A stretch of 64,000 nt of DNA from Candidatus Woesearchaeota archaeon. Its GTDB lineage: Archaea > Nanobdellota > Nanobdellia > Woesearchaeales > SKIA01. Below the pieces are notes generated by a model. That model was not told the DNA's origin, searched no databases, and was given only the letters and a program-made list of their open reading frames with translations. A program made the translations under genes and the position numbers. The stretch covers positions 71,009-135,008 of the forward strand of contig JAYVHA010000019.1 in the NCBI GenBank assembly GCA_043771635.1. Reading direction: 5' to 3'. Positions 47,608-57,778 of the stretch are shown here, in pieces (position 1 is the first letter of the stretch; each line of letters begins with the position of its first letter).

Positions 47608-48669
47608 TTATGCGAAGCCAGCGAAAGCAGTTTGCAGTATTCCAAGAATAATAGTGAACAGCACGAGCGCCACAGTAGTGAAGAGCGGCACATATTTGAT
47701 GCCGCCGCGAATGTCGCCTTTCTCAATAATAGACACAATCAAACTTGCGCTAAATGCAATCAAAGCAATTGCCGCGTAGCTAAAGTACTTGAAGTTCTGT
47801 GCAACGTCGCTGCCCGAGTCCGCAAGTGATGCTAGTTTTTCACCGAAGCCGGCGCCGCCAAGCGCGCTACCGCCTCCATCACCAAAAGATTGACCAAGAA
47901 TGCCTGCGAAGCCGATCATTACACCAAGCAATGTGTTCGCAAGTGCGAATAGTACTGGCGTGAGCACACACACAATAACCGCAATAAAGATTACGAAGTT
48001 AAGCACGTTTGCACCCATTTCATCCTTTAGCTCTTGTGTGCGCTTTAGCGACGCGCAAATTCGCTCAATTACGTGCACAATTTTACCACCGGACTGCAGC
48101 TCACTTGTAATTAAACCGAATGAACGCGTCAAAGTAGGACTGTCATAGCGCAGCGTGAACTCGTGCAACGCCGATGCGGTGTCGCTGCCCGTTAGCACTT
48201 TCTTAGAAACTAACGTAATTTCCTCGGACAAGATTCCGAACTCTGGACGCGCACCAGACCATAGCGATTGCTCGAAGTTCATTCCACTCTTCAAGTTAGT
48301 AACTACGAGCGACAAGTAATCGTTCAAGTTAGCTTCCATGTCTCGTACACGCGCATAAATTCGCAAGTTCAAAACAAACAGTACTGCAAGCACAATGAAG
48401 CCGATTAATAGTAATGGAATTATTAGCCAGAATAAAAGTGTTATAATGCCTTTCGCAATAGGCGATGTTAAAATTCCGGACACTTGCGATAGAAACGTGA
48501 GGAACAACCCGTAAGTTATTGCTAGTACTACAAGGAATCCTAGGCCGAAACCAGCGTATGGCGTTCCGTTAAAGCCTGCGCGCAGGAAATACTGTCGCAA
48601 TGGTTCGCGATACTGCTCAAAGACGAACGCACGACCAAATGATTCAAACAACTCACGAGGCGATTGCAT
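47608..48669 (-). CDS. Type II/IV secretion system F-family platform protein (TadC-like)
   Basis: MEANL.DYL.LV..NLKSGM.FEQSL..ARPEFG.LS.E, LQSGG, TM segments. Confidence 0.87.
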   Translation of the reverse strand: MQSPRELFESFGRAFVFEQYREPLRQYFLRAGFNGTPYAGFGLGFLVVLAITYGLFLTFLSQVSGILTSPIAKGIITLLFWLIIPLLLIGFIVLAVLFVLNLRIYARVRDMEANLNDYLSLVVTNLKSGMNFEQSLWSGARPEFGILSEEITLVSKKVLTGSDTASALHEFTLRYDSPTLTRSFGLITSELQSGGKIVHVIERICASLKRTQELKDEMGANVLNFVIFIAVIVCVLTPVLFALANTLLGVMIGFAGILGQSFGDGGGSALGGAGFGEKLASLADSGSDVAQNFKYFSYAAIALIAFSASLIVSIIEKGDIRGGIKYVPLFTTVALVLFTIILGILQTAFAGFA

Positions 48670-48679
48670 TACTGGAACC

Positions 48680-49492
48680 TCATAGCGTCACCTTCGGGCG
48701 GATCGAGCGGAAAACGCTCAGGAAAAGCACTTGGATAACAGCAACAGCTCCAAGGATCATCAAAAATATCGGCCCAGTTAGTGGAATACCTGTAAAACTT
48801 ACTACTACTACTAGAATCGTCATGCCGAGGCTCGGCACTACTACTGCGATAAGCATGTAGAACAAAGTCATTGTTGAGAGCTTCTTTCCGTAACGCTGAA
48901 TTTGAATCAAATAGTCGTTTGTAATATCCTCAAGCACTGCTTCAAGCGAGTGTGTGACGTCAATACCTAAACGCAGTGCGTTGTGAATTTGAAACAAGAT
49001 TTTACGCCAGTGCTTACTAGGACTGTTCAGCATCGCATGTTCAATTGCGTCTTCAAGCGGCGTGCCGAGTTCAATGTCGCGCACTATTTCTCCGAAGTAT
49101 TTACCACCAACGCCGTAAGACTTTGAAGCTTCGTCAAGTGCATTGACTAGCGGCGTACCGGAGTTTAGCTTAATCAATAGAAAGCGACCGGCAAACAAAA
49201 CTTCGCGATCAATGTCCGCCGCGACTTTCATTGCAGCTAATTTCGGCGTTATCATGAAGTATTGATAAGCGCCCATGATACCTACAATAGCGAGAAGTGG
49301 TATTGACCACATAGGAAAATTCGGCTCTTTGGAAAAAAACAGAAATACTAGCGCAGCTACTGTAACGCCACCAAAGAGCGACATTTTGAGACTTTTCTCA
49401 ATAAATGCTTCAGGAGTTATTTGCATGCGGCCTTTCTTTAGCTCTGCGCGCAGGTTCGGTCGCGCTTGCATGAAATAACTTGTAAAGGTCAC
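48680..49492 (-). CDS. Type II/IV secretion system F-family platform protein (TadB/TadC-like)
   Basis: IDREVLFAGRFLLIKLNSGTPL, EIVRDIELGTPLEDA, SPS...RKILFQI. Confidence 0.87.
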   Translation of the reverse strand: MTFTSYFMQARPNLRAELKKGRMQITPEAFIEKSLKMSLFGGVTVAALVFLFFSKEPNFPMWSIPLLAIVGIMGAYQYFMITPKLAAMKVAADIDREVLFAGRFLLIKLNSGTPLVNALDEASKSYGVGGKYFGEIVRDIELGTPLEDAIEHAMLNSPSKHWRKILFQIHNALRLGIDVTHSLEAVLEDITNDYLIQIQRYGKKLSTMTLFYMLIAVVVPSLGMTILVVVVSFTGIPLTGPIFLMILGAVAVIQVLFLSVFRSIRPKVTL

Positions 49493-49498
49493 GTTTAA

Positions 49499-50965
49499 CT
49501 ATCCCTCAAGGTCGCTTGCCTTTAGCAGCCCACGGTAGTACTTCGAGAAGAATTGTCCAATCTCGTCCACGTTCTCTACGTTGTGAAGAATGAGCCACTT
49601 CAAAATTTTCATTTTCTCTTCTAAGTCAATTGAAATTTGCTGCGGCGTCATACCAGTATACAATCTAATACGCTCAATAATAGCTTCGCTCTCACCAACT
49701 TTTACTAATCGGTCATTAAACACGTCTTGTTGCAATAGTACTTTTGGATCTCCGGTGGAAAGTACTTCTGCAATCTGAAGTGTGCGACGCTTACCAGTGC
49801 GACGGTTTCGGTTCTGAACTACAATAAGCGACAGTGACGCAACCATCGGTTTTGGAATGTTGATTGGAGGGTTGGTTAGACGCATGATTACTTCATCTGC
49901 GTCATTTGCGTGGATTGTCGCATAAACGGAGTGGCCTGTGTGTACTGCTTCTAGCAGAACTTGCGCCTCTTTTTGACGACGGATTTCTCCTACAATAATA
50001 CGGTCTGGACGCATACGCAGACTGTTTACTAGAAGATCAAGCATCTGGATTTCTCCTTTTCCTTCAGGGTTTGCAAGGCGAGTCTCCATCGGAACCCAGT
50101 GCAGGTTGCTTGGCAAAGTTAATTCTCTTGTGTCTTCAATAGAAATTATACGTTGGTTCGGCGGGAAAAAGTTTGCGACTACGTTTAACATACTCGTCTT
50201 ACCAGAACCTGTTCCTCCTGCGATGAGAATTGAAAGTTCGTTTTGTATTGCGAGCCAGAGAAGTGCGGCGGCGGAGAGACTTATAGTGCCAGCTTTGATG
50301 AACTTAGTAATAGTCCACGGGTCTTCAGCGAACTTACGGATAGTGATCGTATTACCACGACTACTTATTGGTTGGATAGTAGCGTTTACACGGTCGCCGC
50401 TTCGAAGGTGCGCGTCCATTAGAGGATTAAGATTAGTAATTTCTTTACCTACTTCGCGCCCAATTGACATTGCATAGTGGCGGATGCGCTCTTCACTCGG
50501 CACCGTTATGTTTGTTTTTAGCCATGCGTGCCTGCGGTGGTAGCACCATACTGGTTCAGTGTGAGAGTTGATTACGATTTCTTCAAGGTTCGCGTCAGCA
50601 AGTAAAATTTCTATGCGACCAAGACCAAGGTTCTCTTGTAGTAAGTAGTTTAGAAGTAAGTCTTCACTCTCTTTTGGAATTGCTGGGAAGTAACGCTTGA
50701 TTAGAGTACGGATTTCTGTTTCGAACTGCTTACGAAGCTCATCCGTTCCGCGGCTTGATTCCGCTTGCTCAATTGCACCAGTATCAAGCTTACTAATAAA
50801 CTCTTGACGGATTTTTTCTAGTATTATTTTTGTTGCGTCACTAATGTTTGCAATCGAGAGCGTGTAGATAGGAACAGACTCATCAGCTTTCTCAATGATG
50901 CGCACATCTACAACTATCTTATTGACGGTGATTTGATAACTGTCGAGTGTGCGTTCGGTTTCCAT
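49499..50965 (-). CDS. Pilus assembly ATPase (VirB11/TadA/CpaF family)
   Basis: TIRKF, Walker A GGTGSGKT, SIEDTREL, LRMRPDRIIVGEIR, HTGH..ATIHA. Confidence 0.95.
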   Translation of the reverse strand: METERTLDSYQITVNKIVVDVRIIEKADESVPIYTLSIANISDATKIILEKIRQEFISKLDTGAIEQAESSRGTDELRKQFETEIRTLIKRYFPAIPKESEDLLLNYLLQENLGLGRIEILLADANLEEIVINSHTEPVWCYHRRHAWLKTNITVPSEERIRHYAMSIGREVGKEITNLNPLMDAHLRSGDRVNATIQPISSRGNTITIRKFAEDPWTITKFIKAGTISLSAAALLWLAIQNELSILIAGGTGSGKTSMLNVVANFFPPNQRIISIEDTRELTLPSNLHWVPMETRLANPEGKGEIQMLDLLVNSLRMRPDRIIVGEIRRQKEAQVLLEAVHTGHSVYATIHANDADEVIMRLTNPPINIPKPMVASLSLIVVQNRNRRTGKRRTLQIAEVLSTGDPKVLLQQDVFNDRLVKVGESEAIIERIRLYTGMTPQQISIDLEEKMKILKWLILHNVENVDEIGQFFSKYYRGLLKASDLEG

Positions 50966-50969
50966 AGGG

Positions 50970-51959
50970 TTATTGTGCAGGAGTGGCTGCAGCTGGGATT
51001 GTAATCGGTGCTAGCTGTTCAATGCGCTTGGCTATATGCTCGCGATGGCGCGACGGATAGTGAGGGTGCGCGCGCGCGAACTGCGCTAGTTGCTCGCGCA
51101 GGCGCTGTGCCGTCGACTCAACAAGTGGGTCGCGAGCCTGCGCTAGCTGCGAGAGACGTTGCAATTCGATATTTGCTTGCTTTGTGAAGCCGAGCATTTC
51201 TTCGCGATCAACTATCGCGGCGCGTAGCTCAGTTGAAGCTGCGCGTACGTCCTGTGCAAGCGGCTTCTGAAGCATGGCGTCAATTGCCACAAGTGCACCG
51301 CGCGGATCTTTAATTGCAAGCGTCAAAGCTGCAATTAAGTCGCGCACAGTTTGATCTGTCACCGATGCAGCCTCGCGCGCTTCTTGGACGCGCCTTGCAA
51401 GTTCTTGATTTGCTTTGAGAAGCGCTTCAGGATCAAAGGAAAGATGATCTTTTGCATCTGAGCCTGGCGCAACTTCTGCAAGGTCTTTGAAGATTGGAGA
51501 CGCACCAATTGCGTCTTTAGTAAATGGTAAGAAATCAATTGCACTTGGAGCTTTACCTGTTCCGTCCTCTAGCGCCAAGTTAACTGATTTAATTTTCATG
51601 TTGAATGGATCGCCAGGACTTGCTTCCATACGGCGAAGAAGTTCTCCAGTGCGATACTTGTCTAGCACTAGGTTAGCTATTGTGACATAGGATTCCTTTA
51701 GAAGGTCGTGGAGCTGCGCGCGCTCAGCATCGTGTCCTTGCGGCGTTTGCTGATAGCGAAGGCGTAGCATCGCATAAAGTTGCTTTGCCGAGTCAACGTC
51801 CCCGCGCTTAACTTGATCCTTGATTTCATGAATCCAATTATGGTCGCTCATTATGCTTGCTGCGTCTTCGATGCGCGCTGGCTGCGGTTGCTGTCCTGCC
51901 TTGACTTCATCGTCAAGGAACACGCGCATGTCTTGCTCAAGCCAGGTGTCTAAGCCCAT
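50970..51959 (-). CDS. Hypothetical helical protein in the pilus operon
   Basis: 329-aa ORF tightly coupled to neighbours; no motif recognised. Confidence 0.7.
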   Translation of the reverse strand: MGLDTWLEQDMRVFLDDEVKAGQQPQPARIEDAASIMSDHNWIHEIKDQVKRGDVDSAKQLYAMLRLRYQQTPQGHDAERAQLHDLLKESYVTIANLVLDKYRTGELLRRMEASPGDPFNMKIKSVNLALEDGTGKAPSAIDFLPFTKDAIGASPIFKDLAEVAPGSDAKDHLSFDPEALLKANQELARRVQEAREAASVTDQTVRDLIAALTLAIKDPRGALVAIDAMLQKPLAQDVRAASTELRAAIVDREEMLGFTKQANIELQRLSQLAQARDPLVESTAQRLREQLAQFARAHPHYPSRHREHIAKRIEQLAPITIPAAATPAQ

Positions 51960-52386
51960 GTTCTCCGATCACTCGCTCAGTGTACCGTTGCCATAGCACC
52001 GCGCCTTGTAGACCGCGCTTCTGCGCTTCTAGTGCGAAGTATGGTTGCTTCGCTTCAACTGCGGCTAAGAGATGGTGCTCCCATAGCTCTGCAAGTTTAT
52101 CAGCAGGAATATTCTTATCTGTTGCACGACCGAGAAACTGTTCTCTTAGTTCAGCAATCGATTCTTGACGCATAACCATGCGTTTTTGCTGGGCATTCTT
52201 GTAAATGTATGGAGTTGTAAACTTATACTCGATGCCAAGCAGTTTTTCTTCAACAAGGAAATCAACCCAATTCTGAACGGTCTTTTCACTCTGCTTAAGC
52301 TGCTTTGCAACGTCCGGTACGCTAATGCGCTGGCCTCCCGCAAGCAAAGCAAGGAGCTCGTCTACCCCGGTTTTCAGTTCCTCCAT
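51937..52386 (-). CDS. Winged-helix domain protein in the pilus operon
   Basis: TGVDELL.LL....ISVPDVAKQL....TVQNWVDFLVEEKLLGIEY. Confidence 0.7.
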   Translation of the reverse strand: MEELKTGVDELLALLAGGQRISVPDVAKQLKQSEKTVQNWVDFLVEEKLLGIEYKFTTPYIYKNAQQKRMVMRQESIAELREQFLGRATDKNIPADKLAELWEHHLLAAVEAKQPYFALEAQKRGLQGAVLWQRYTERVIGEHGLRHLA

Positions 52387-52466
52387 CCTATCTATTCACT
52401 CCTGAATCCATTCTTAAATAGTTCGTCCCATTTGAAAGTGGTGACTGCTAAGCACTAGTGATTGGT

Positions 52467-53462
52467 TTAAGGTAAGGGAGGATAACTTGTAGGTGCTACT
52501 TGACAGGTTGCTGCGTCGCCAGTTTTTAGCGAACCTAAAAGACGATATTCTGTAAGTGTAGTAAAGGATACTTGTAAATTAGGGTAGGGAACTGACGTCA
52601 CAGGATTCAATACAGAATATGTACAGAGCGACACCGTAGCAGGGAAATATTCTCGATCAATCGAAGTTTGAGTTGGCAATATTGTTGCACTATCAACAAA
52701 TGTTTCAATACCGTAACTAGGGTTTGCAGGATTTAATCCTTCTAACCTGTCAAACACACTCCCGCCGTAACCCTTGTTTAACATATACAAACCACCACTG
52801 TACGCTACATTGAATTCAGCGTTATCCCAAATTTTAGGCAAGTGAGCACGGAAAACTCTAGGCGGAATGTTCGGCACACCAGCTGCGATTGCCTGCTGAT
52901 CAAAATACAAGTCAGGCACGCTTTGCAACGGAATTTCTGCAATAACTTCCACGCTCGGCCTATCATAAATCACTTTTCCATCAGGAGACTCTAAAGTGTA
53001 ACTAATTTTCGCTTTTACCTGCGCCGTGAAAGTTCCAATTTGCGATATATCTACTGAACCTGGATCGACAGTCATAGCAGTTATTTTTGTTCCTGTCGTA
53101 TCAGATAAAGTTTGAAACGCAACTAATTCCTGATTTAATGTATTATATGAAACAGTGTTTGAACCCCAAGTACCACTTTCCATGGCAGTATTGAAATCAT
53201 CAGGTAAATTAAGTACTTCATCATTAGCTTCCGCTTGCGACGCAATATCAATAATTGTTCTTGTACCGACGGTACGCAAAATTAATGGAAAGTAAACTGC
53301 TTCAATACGCTCGCGCACTTCACCAGTAGATTTGGCGCTGTACAGATTTGTATCGATTTTTGGCGCGCGTAAGCTTGATGAAATAACTAGTGAAAGAAGA
53401 AGCACAAATACTAACGCCGCCATGCTAAAAAATACTCCTCGTCGACCCATTGTTAACTCCAC
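52467..53462 (-). CDS. Pilin-like protein (class III-like signal), candidate minor pilin
   Basis: MGRRG/VFFSMAAL hydrophobic N-terminus; true start may be the second Met (53450). Confidence 0.7.
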   Translation of the reverse strand: MELTMGRRGVFFSMAALVFVLLLSLVISSSLRAPKIDTNLYSAKSTGEVRERIEAVYFPLILRTVGTRTIIDIASQAEANDEVLNLPDDFNTAMESGTWGSNTVSYNTLNQELVAFQTLSDTTGTKITAMTVDPGSVDISQIGTFTAQVKAKISYTLESPDGKVIYDRPSVEVIAEIPLQSVPDLYFDQQAIAAGVPNIPPRVFRAHLPKIWDNAEFNVAYSGGLYMLNKGYGGSVFDRLEGLNPANPSYGIETFVDSATILPTQTSIDREYFPATVSLCTYSVLNPVTSVPYPNLQVSFTTLTEYRLLGSLKTGDAATCQVAPTSYPPLP

Positions 53463-53980
53463 AAGCTCACATCCACCGCAAACGGGCCAAGAAATTCTGT
53501 ATCGCTCTTTTTCGAGTAGACCACAAAACTACGCGTAAACTGGTAGCGCTGCGGGTGCTCCTGACGGAATATTGTTTCTGGAGGTCCAGGAGTAACAGTT
53601 AGTTTAATTTCGACGCCATACTCAGAACCTAGAGTAGTTTCTATTAGGCTTTGCGCATAAGCCGTTGCGACATCTTTGCACGAAATTAAAAGGGGCGAGC
53701 AATCGACACGTTGCTGCAGATAAACAATTTGTTCTAACGGAGTAAGTTCTGGAAACGGAACAAGATTGTTCGCAAGTAAGGTACCAGTATAATAGGGATC
53801 TAGAGTGCTACTAATCGGCTGCGTAGCGAGGGTCGCGAACAAATCATCTACTGTTTTTAGAGGCTGAACTGTGTCTTGGCTAGTTACTCCGCCACTAAAA
53901 ATAACAAGTAAACCAGCGAACACTATTAGGCTTGCAATTACTGCATCTATCAAAAAGAAATAGCCTTGACGATTCATCAC
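53453..53980 (-). CDS. Pilin-like protein (class III-like signal), candidate minor pilin
   Basis: NRQG/YFFLIDA hydrophobic N-terminus; C-terminal GPFAVDVSLW. Confidence 0.72.
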   Translation of the reverse strand: MMNRQGYFFLIDAVIASLIVFAGLLVIFSGGVTSQDTVQPLKTVDDLFATLATQPISSTLDPYYTGTLLANNLVPFPELTPLEQIVYLQQRVDCSPLLISCKDVATAYAQSLIETTLGSEYGVEIKLTVTPGPPETIFRQEHPQRYQFTRSFVVYSKKSDTEFLGPFAVDVSLWS

Positions 53981-54094
53981 ACTTTCACAGCGAATTTACA
54001 GCATAGGGGTTTTAAATAAATGCCCCTATCAAAAGCTATCTGAACTTGGGCACATAGTCCTACTATTAAGCAAGAAATTACTTTGAATAAAAGT

Positions 54095-57000
54095 TTACCA
54101 GGAGTTAACACAGAACTTATACGGCTTACCGTTAAGGACTACAGTAGTGCAATACTTAACCAAAGTATCTATTTTGCTTAAGGCAGCTTCGGCAACAGCA
54201 GTCTTAGGAGCTTTCTTAATAACAGGAATATTAGCGCAACAAAGGCCAACTTCAACCTCAGGAGTCGCACCAGTCTGCGCAGGCAAAGTAGAAACAATAA
54301 CCTCTTGACCCTTCTTCAAACCAAATGCTGCGCCTGCAGGATGGCAAGCTTCTATTGTGCGTTTCTGATTTTGGTCAGGCTGACACAAACCAACACCAAT
54401 GCACGATCGGTCACAATAACCATCATTATTTGTACAATCATCATTACATAGACGTGGCTCAAGCAAGAAATCAACTACTGCATCACCATCTTTAACTAAG
54501 TTAACCGTTTTTATTTGGGTTCGATATCCGAAATAACTCGCAGCAATAGTTTGAGGACCAGGCATCAAAACAATATTCGGCACGCTTGTAGTACTAGCCA
54601 CAAACGAATACTTAGTTATCAGATCATTTGAGCCCACAGACTGTCGCGTAGCCAATGCTGTATATCCTAAAACAGTAACTGCTGCGTCAGGCGCAATCTT
54701 CTCACCTGAAGGAGTGCTCAACTTAACCGTGCCAGTAATAGAGCGAGCACCACAATCAGAATCAAACTCATCATACTTACCGTCGCAATCGTTGTCTATA
54801 CCGTCAAGGCAAGAACTTTCAGGACTTTCAGGAGCTACACAAATATTTTGTCTTGCAGCATCTCTGCCCGCAGTTGTGTAACACATACCTGCGCTTTGAC
54901 AGCATACGTTTTGCGCCGCGGGGAAAGTAATTCCTGGAACGTTTTCATTCACATCATCACCGCAGCATGCAGCTGCGGGCCAAGTGGCATGGTTCACGTC
55001 TGCCCACTTATAGTTGACACAGAACGAAGTAGGAGCAGTGTTTCCATTTTCGCACGCTGCTTTACTGTAGTCGCGGTCCTCCATTGTCGGAGCAATGCAA
55101 ATTGTTTTCGTTGTTGGGAAACACGCATTGTTAACTACGCACACTTCGTTACCTAAACTGTCTAGTGTCTTACAATGACCTGCTGCGCACTGAAACGGCG
55201 GCGGAGGAGGAGGCGGAGGAGGCGGAGGTAAGCAACTAGGACAAGTAGGATCTCCCGTTGGTGGTTCAGGTGGAGGAGGTGGACAATTCAATGCGGGTGG
55301 AATACACACAACTTCATCGAGTGATGCAATGGTGAAGACTTTTGATTGCACTGTTTTAATTAAAGGATTAACCCGATCAACAATGGTTACTATTGCAGTA
55401 ACTGACCGCGATGTTCCGGCCAGGATAGATATGTACGTTGTTTCAGGATTAAATGTCTGGGGACCACTTGTGAATCCTGTTGGACCTGCTTGCGTTGCTG
55501 GCACTCCACCATAAAGCGTACTCTCGCCGAATTCTAAAGTAACTATTGAATCAGCTGTGTGCGTGAAATCTATGCCGAATTGAACAAGCGACGATCTATC
55601 TCTCTTATACGCGCGCGCATCAAAGGCAGATATTGATGGATTCGAAGGAGGAGTAATTGTCCTTGAAATAGTAGCAGACTGTACTGACTTAGATGAACCG
55701 AAGCACTTTGCTGTAACGCGCGCCGTAAGCGAATAGCTCCCAGCAGGAAGACTCGTCATAAGAATACTGTCCGTTTGCGCGCCAGTCTCAGTAAACACAT
55801 TCGATTGTTCCCAAGTTGCTGTGTTTCCGTCGGTATCGTAATCAACCGTCACTTGCGTAACAGAAGGAGAAGTAATTGTGTATGCAACACCTACATCAAT
55901 GCGACCAGGATCATCAGACTTCGTAACAATTGGATCAAAATTTGTGATGGCAACACTGGTTAATGCGCACGGAGGATCCACTGATGGCACGCAGGCACCT
56001 GTAGGTACGTCCCAAGTGTAACCATTTGCACTGTCACACTGTGCGCACCAACAAGTTCCCGGATTGTTTATTCCATCCCAGTCGTGACGAAGGGTTGCTG
56101 GACCAGGCCTTAATGCAGTTGCGCTGGTAAAAATAGTTCCTGCGACCATTGGTGAAGGACCGTTGGTTCGCCATGCTTTCGGTACGTTTGCTGCGTTAAT
56201 ACCTGGACACAGCGTATCATAGCAAACGTTGCAAGATTCACCAGCAAGCCAGCCAGGATTGTCGTCAGCGCGATCGATAAGACCATCCGTATCATCGTTT
56301 ACTCCGTTGTTACAGAGAGCAATAGTATTTTCTGTAATAACTTGACAGGAACCAGCAGTGTAAATTTCTCCAATTAGGCAACAAGCACCATTTGTTTTAT
56401 AAGAACCTGGTGCACAGTCAGGATCAGTACAGGAAGGGTTTCCATTTGCACAGTAACAACCTGAAAAGGTACATTGATCAATGGAAGGCGACGGTACGCA
56501 CCCTATTGGACCTGGCCCAATTAAGCCTGCAGCAGCGCAAGTTGCTTTGCCATCAAGATCAGTACCATCGCAAATCTCTGCGCCGTTCTTAATATTGTCA
56601 CCGCAGAATATTGCGCCACAAGTTCCTGCAACAAAGTTACCTGCGCTACACTGGCTGTTTACTGGCGCTGGATCAGTGTTTGTTGACGCCGTACCGCACG
56701 CGCCGCTTGAACCAGGACAAGATAGAATAGTTCGCGAGCGACTACAGGATGGTGCGCCTGCGTCACAACTCCAAGAGCCTGTTGAACATACTGTTGTTGA
56801 CGGTAAAAAGGAATCAGCTGTACAAGCGCCGCTTGAGCCGGAGCAAAACTCTGCAACATCACATACACCTGATGCACCACGGCACTGCGATGCTGCGCTC
56901 TTGTATTGGCACGATGAATCGCAACAAGACCAAGCTTGACCGTTATTTGCAATGCCTTCGTCGCACGCTTCTCCAAGACCGCTTTCTCTGCCACCATAAC

Positions 57001-57631
57001 CGCAACCTGTCGTAGGAGGTACAACACACTGTCCTGGTGCTGCAACAAACACTCCGCCAGAGCATTCCCAGTTTGGCAAAGCTACCTCTTGAACAGGTGA
57101 ACCGGCTGCACCCGTACACGTTGCCCCATTACCAGGACAGAGTGTTGGTGAACCTTGTCGAGTGCACTGATTTACGCACGACCACGTTGAAGGTACAGCG
57201 CAAGAGTTAGCTGCCGAAAGGAAGCCATTTGCAGGACATGAATTTGAAGTACCTGGACAGAATTCAGCTGCATCACACACACCTGACGCCGCACGGCACT
57301 GAGTGCTTGCAGCAGAAAACTGACAGGATGTTGTGCAACAAGAACCAGGCTGGCCATTAATGCCAATACCATCATCACATACCTCGCCAAGTCCAGGCTC
57401 AATACCACCATAACCGCAACCAGTTGTAACAGCACAAGACTGAACTCCGGCGCAATCAGCGTCACCAAGCCCTCCATTTGATTTACAGTCAGCACCATAA
57501 TCTGCAGGACAGATGCTGTCCGAAAAACAAGAGCAGGCTACATTAAAGCAACCTACTGCAGAAATGCCCGGCGCAATTACTCCAGGGATAGCTAGGGCGA
57601 GGACAACAATAAGCGCTACACCCCAACGCAT
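54095..57631 (-). CDS. Large secreted Cys-rich protein with two disintegrin-like repeats, Cys-rich/Asp-rich modules, poly-Pro linker and carboxypeptidase-regulatory-like domain
   Basis: Signal peptide; CG.G..E..E.CD.G followed by CC...CQ......CR.ASGVCD.AEFC.G.S..C twice; C.DG.DND.DG..D..D motifs; no C-terminal TM. Confidence 0.82.
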   Translation of the reverse strand: MRWGVALIVVLALAIPGVIAPGISAVGCFNVACSCFSDSICPADYGADCKSNGGLGDADCAGVQSCAVTTGCGYGGIEPGLGEVCDDGIGINGQPGSCCTTSCQFSAASTQCRAASGVCDAAEFCPGTSNSCPANGFLSAANSCAVPSTWSCVNQCTRQGSPTLCPGNGATCTGAAGSPVQEVALPNWECSGGVFVAAPGQCVVPPTTGCGYGGRESGLGEACDEGIANNGQAWSCCDSSCQYKSAASQCRGASGVCDVAEFCSGSSGACTADSFLPSTTVCSTGSWSCDAGAPSCSRSRTILSCPGSSGACGTASTNTDPAPVNSQCSAGNFVAGTCGAIFCGDNIKNGAEICDGTDLDGKATCAAAGLIGPGPIGCVPSPSIDQCTFSGCYCANGNPSCTDPDCAPGSYKTNGACCLIGEIYTAGSCQVITENTIALCNNGVNDDTDGLIDRADDNPGWLAGESCNVCYDTLCPGINAANVPKAWRTNGPSPMVAGTIFTSATALRPGPATLRHDWDGINNPGTCWCAQCDSANGYTWDVPTGACVPSVDPPCALTSVAITNFDPIVTKSDDPGRIDVGVAYTITSPSVTQVTVDYDTDGNTATWEQSNVFTETGAQTDSILMTSLPAGSYSLTARVTAKCFGSSKSVQSATISRTITPPSNPSISAFDARAYKRDRSSLVQFGIDFTHTADSIVTLEFGESTLYGGVPATQAGPTGFTSGPQTFNPETTYISILAGTSRSVTAIVTIVDRVNPLIKTVQSKVFTIASLDEVVCIPPALNCPPPPPEPPTGDPTCPSCLPPPPPPPPPPPFQCAAGHCKTLDSLGNEVCVVNNACFPTTKTICIAPTMEDRDYSKAACENGNTAPTSFCVNYKWADVNHATWPAAACCGDDVNENVPGITFPAAQNVCCQSAGMCYTTAGRDAARQNICVAPESPESSCLDGIDNDCDGKYDEFDSDCGARSITGTVKLSTPSGEKIAPDAAVTVLGYTALATRQSVGSNDLITKYSFVASTTSVPNIVLMPGPQTIAASYFGYRTQIKTVNLVKDGDAVVDFLLEPRLCNDDCTNNDGYCDRSCIGVGLCQPDQNQKRTIEACHPAGAAFGLKKGQEVIVSTLPAQTGATPEVEVGLCCANIPVIKKAPKTAVAEAALSKIDTLVKYCTTVVLNGKPYKFCVNSW

Positions 57632-57719
57632 ACTACGTCTGGCCCAACACAGATATATAAAGATGCTCGTAGGCTAAATAATTCTAGTATTTAAACTACG
57701 AAAACAATAATCCATAATA

Positions 57720-57735
57720 ACTCCTACGAAGGAAT
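57720..57735 (+). promoter_or_regulatory. Palindromic operator candidate upstream of the Ig-like lipoprotein gene
   Basis: ACTCCT-ACGA-AGGAAT ending 44 nt before ATG 57779, upstream of TATA box about 57749-57756. Confidence 0.5.
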
Positions 57736-57778
57736 AACAATCACAAGGATTATATAGTTACGCCTATTGTACAAGAGT

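Noticed and set aside
46344-53980. Archaellum operon
   Set aside because: No archaellin signature or FlaH/FlaF/FlaG; two separate platform genes and QAALE-type pilins indicate a pilus
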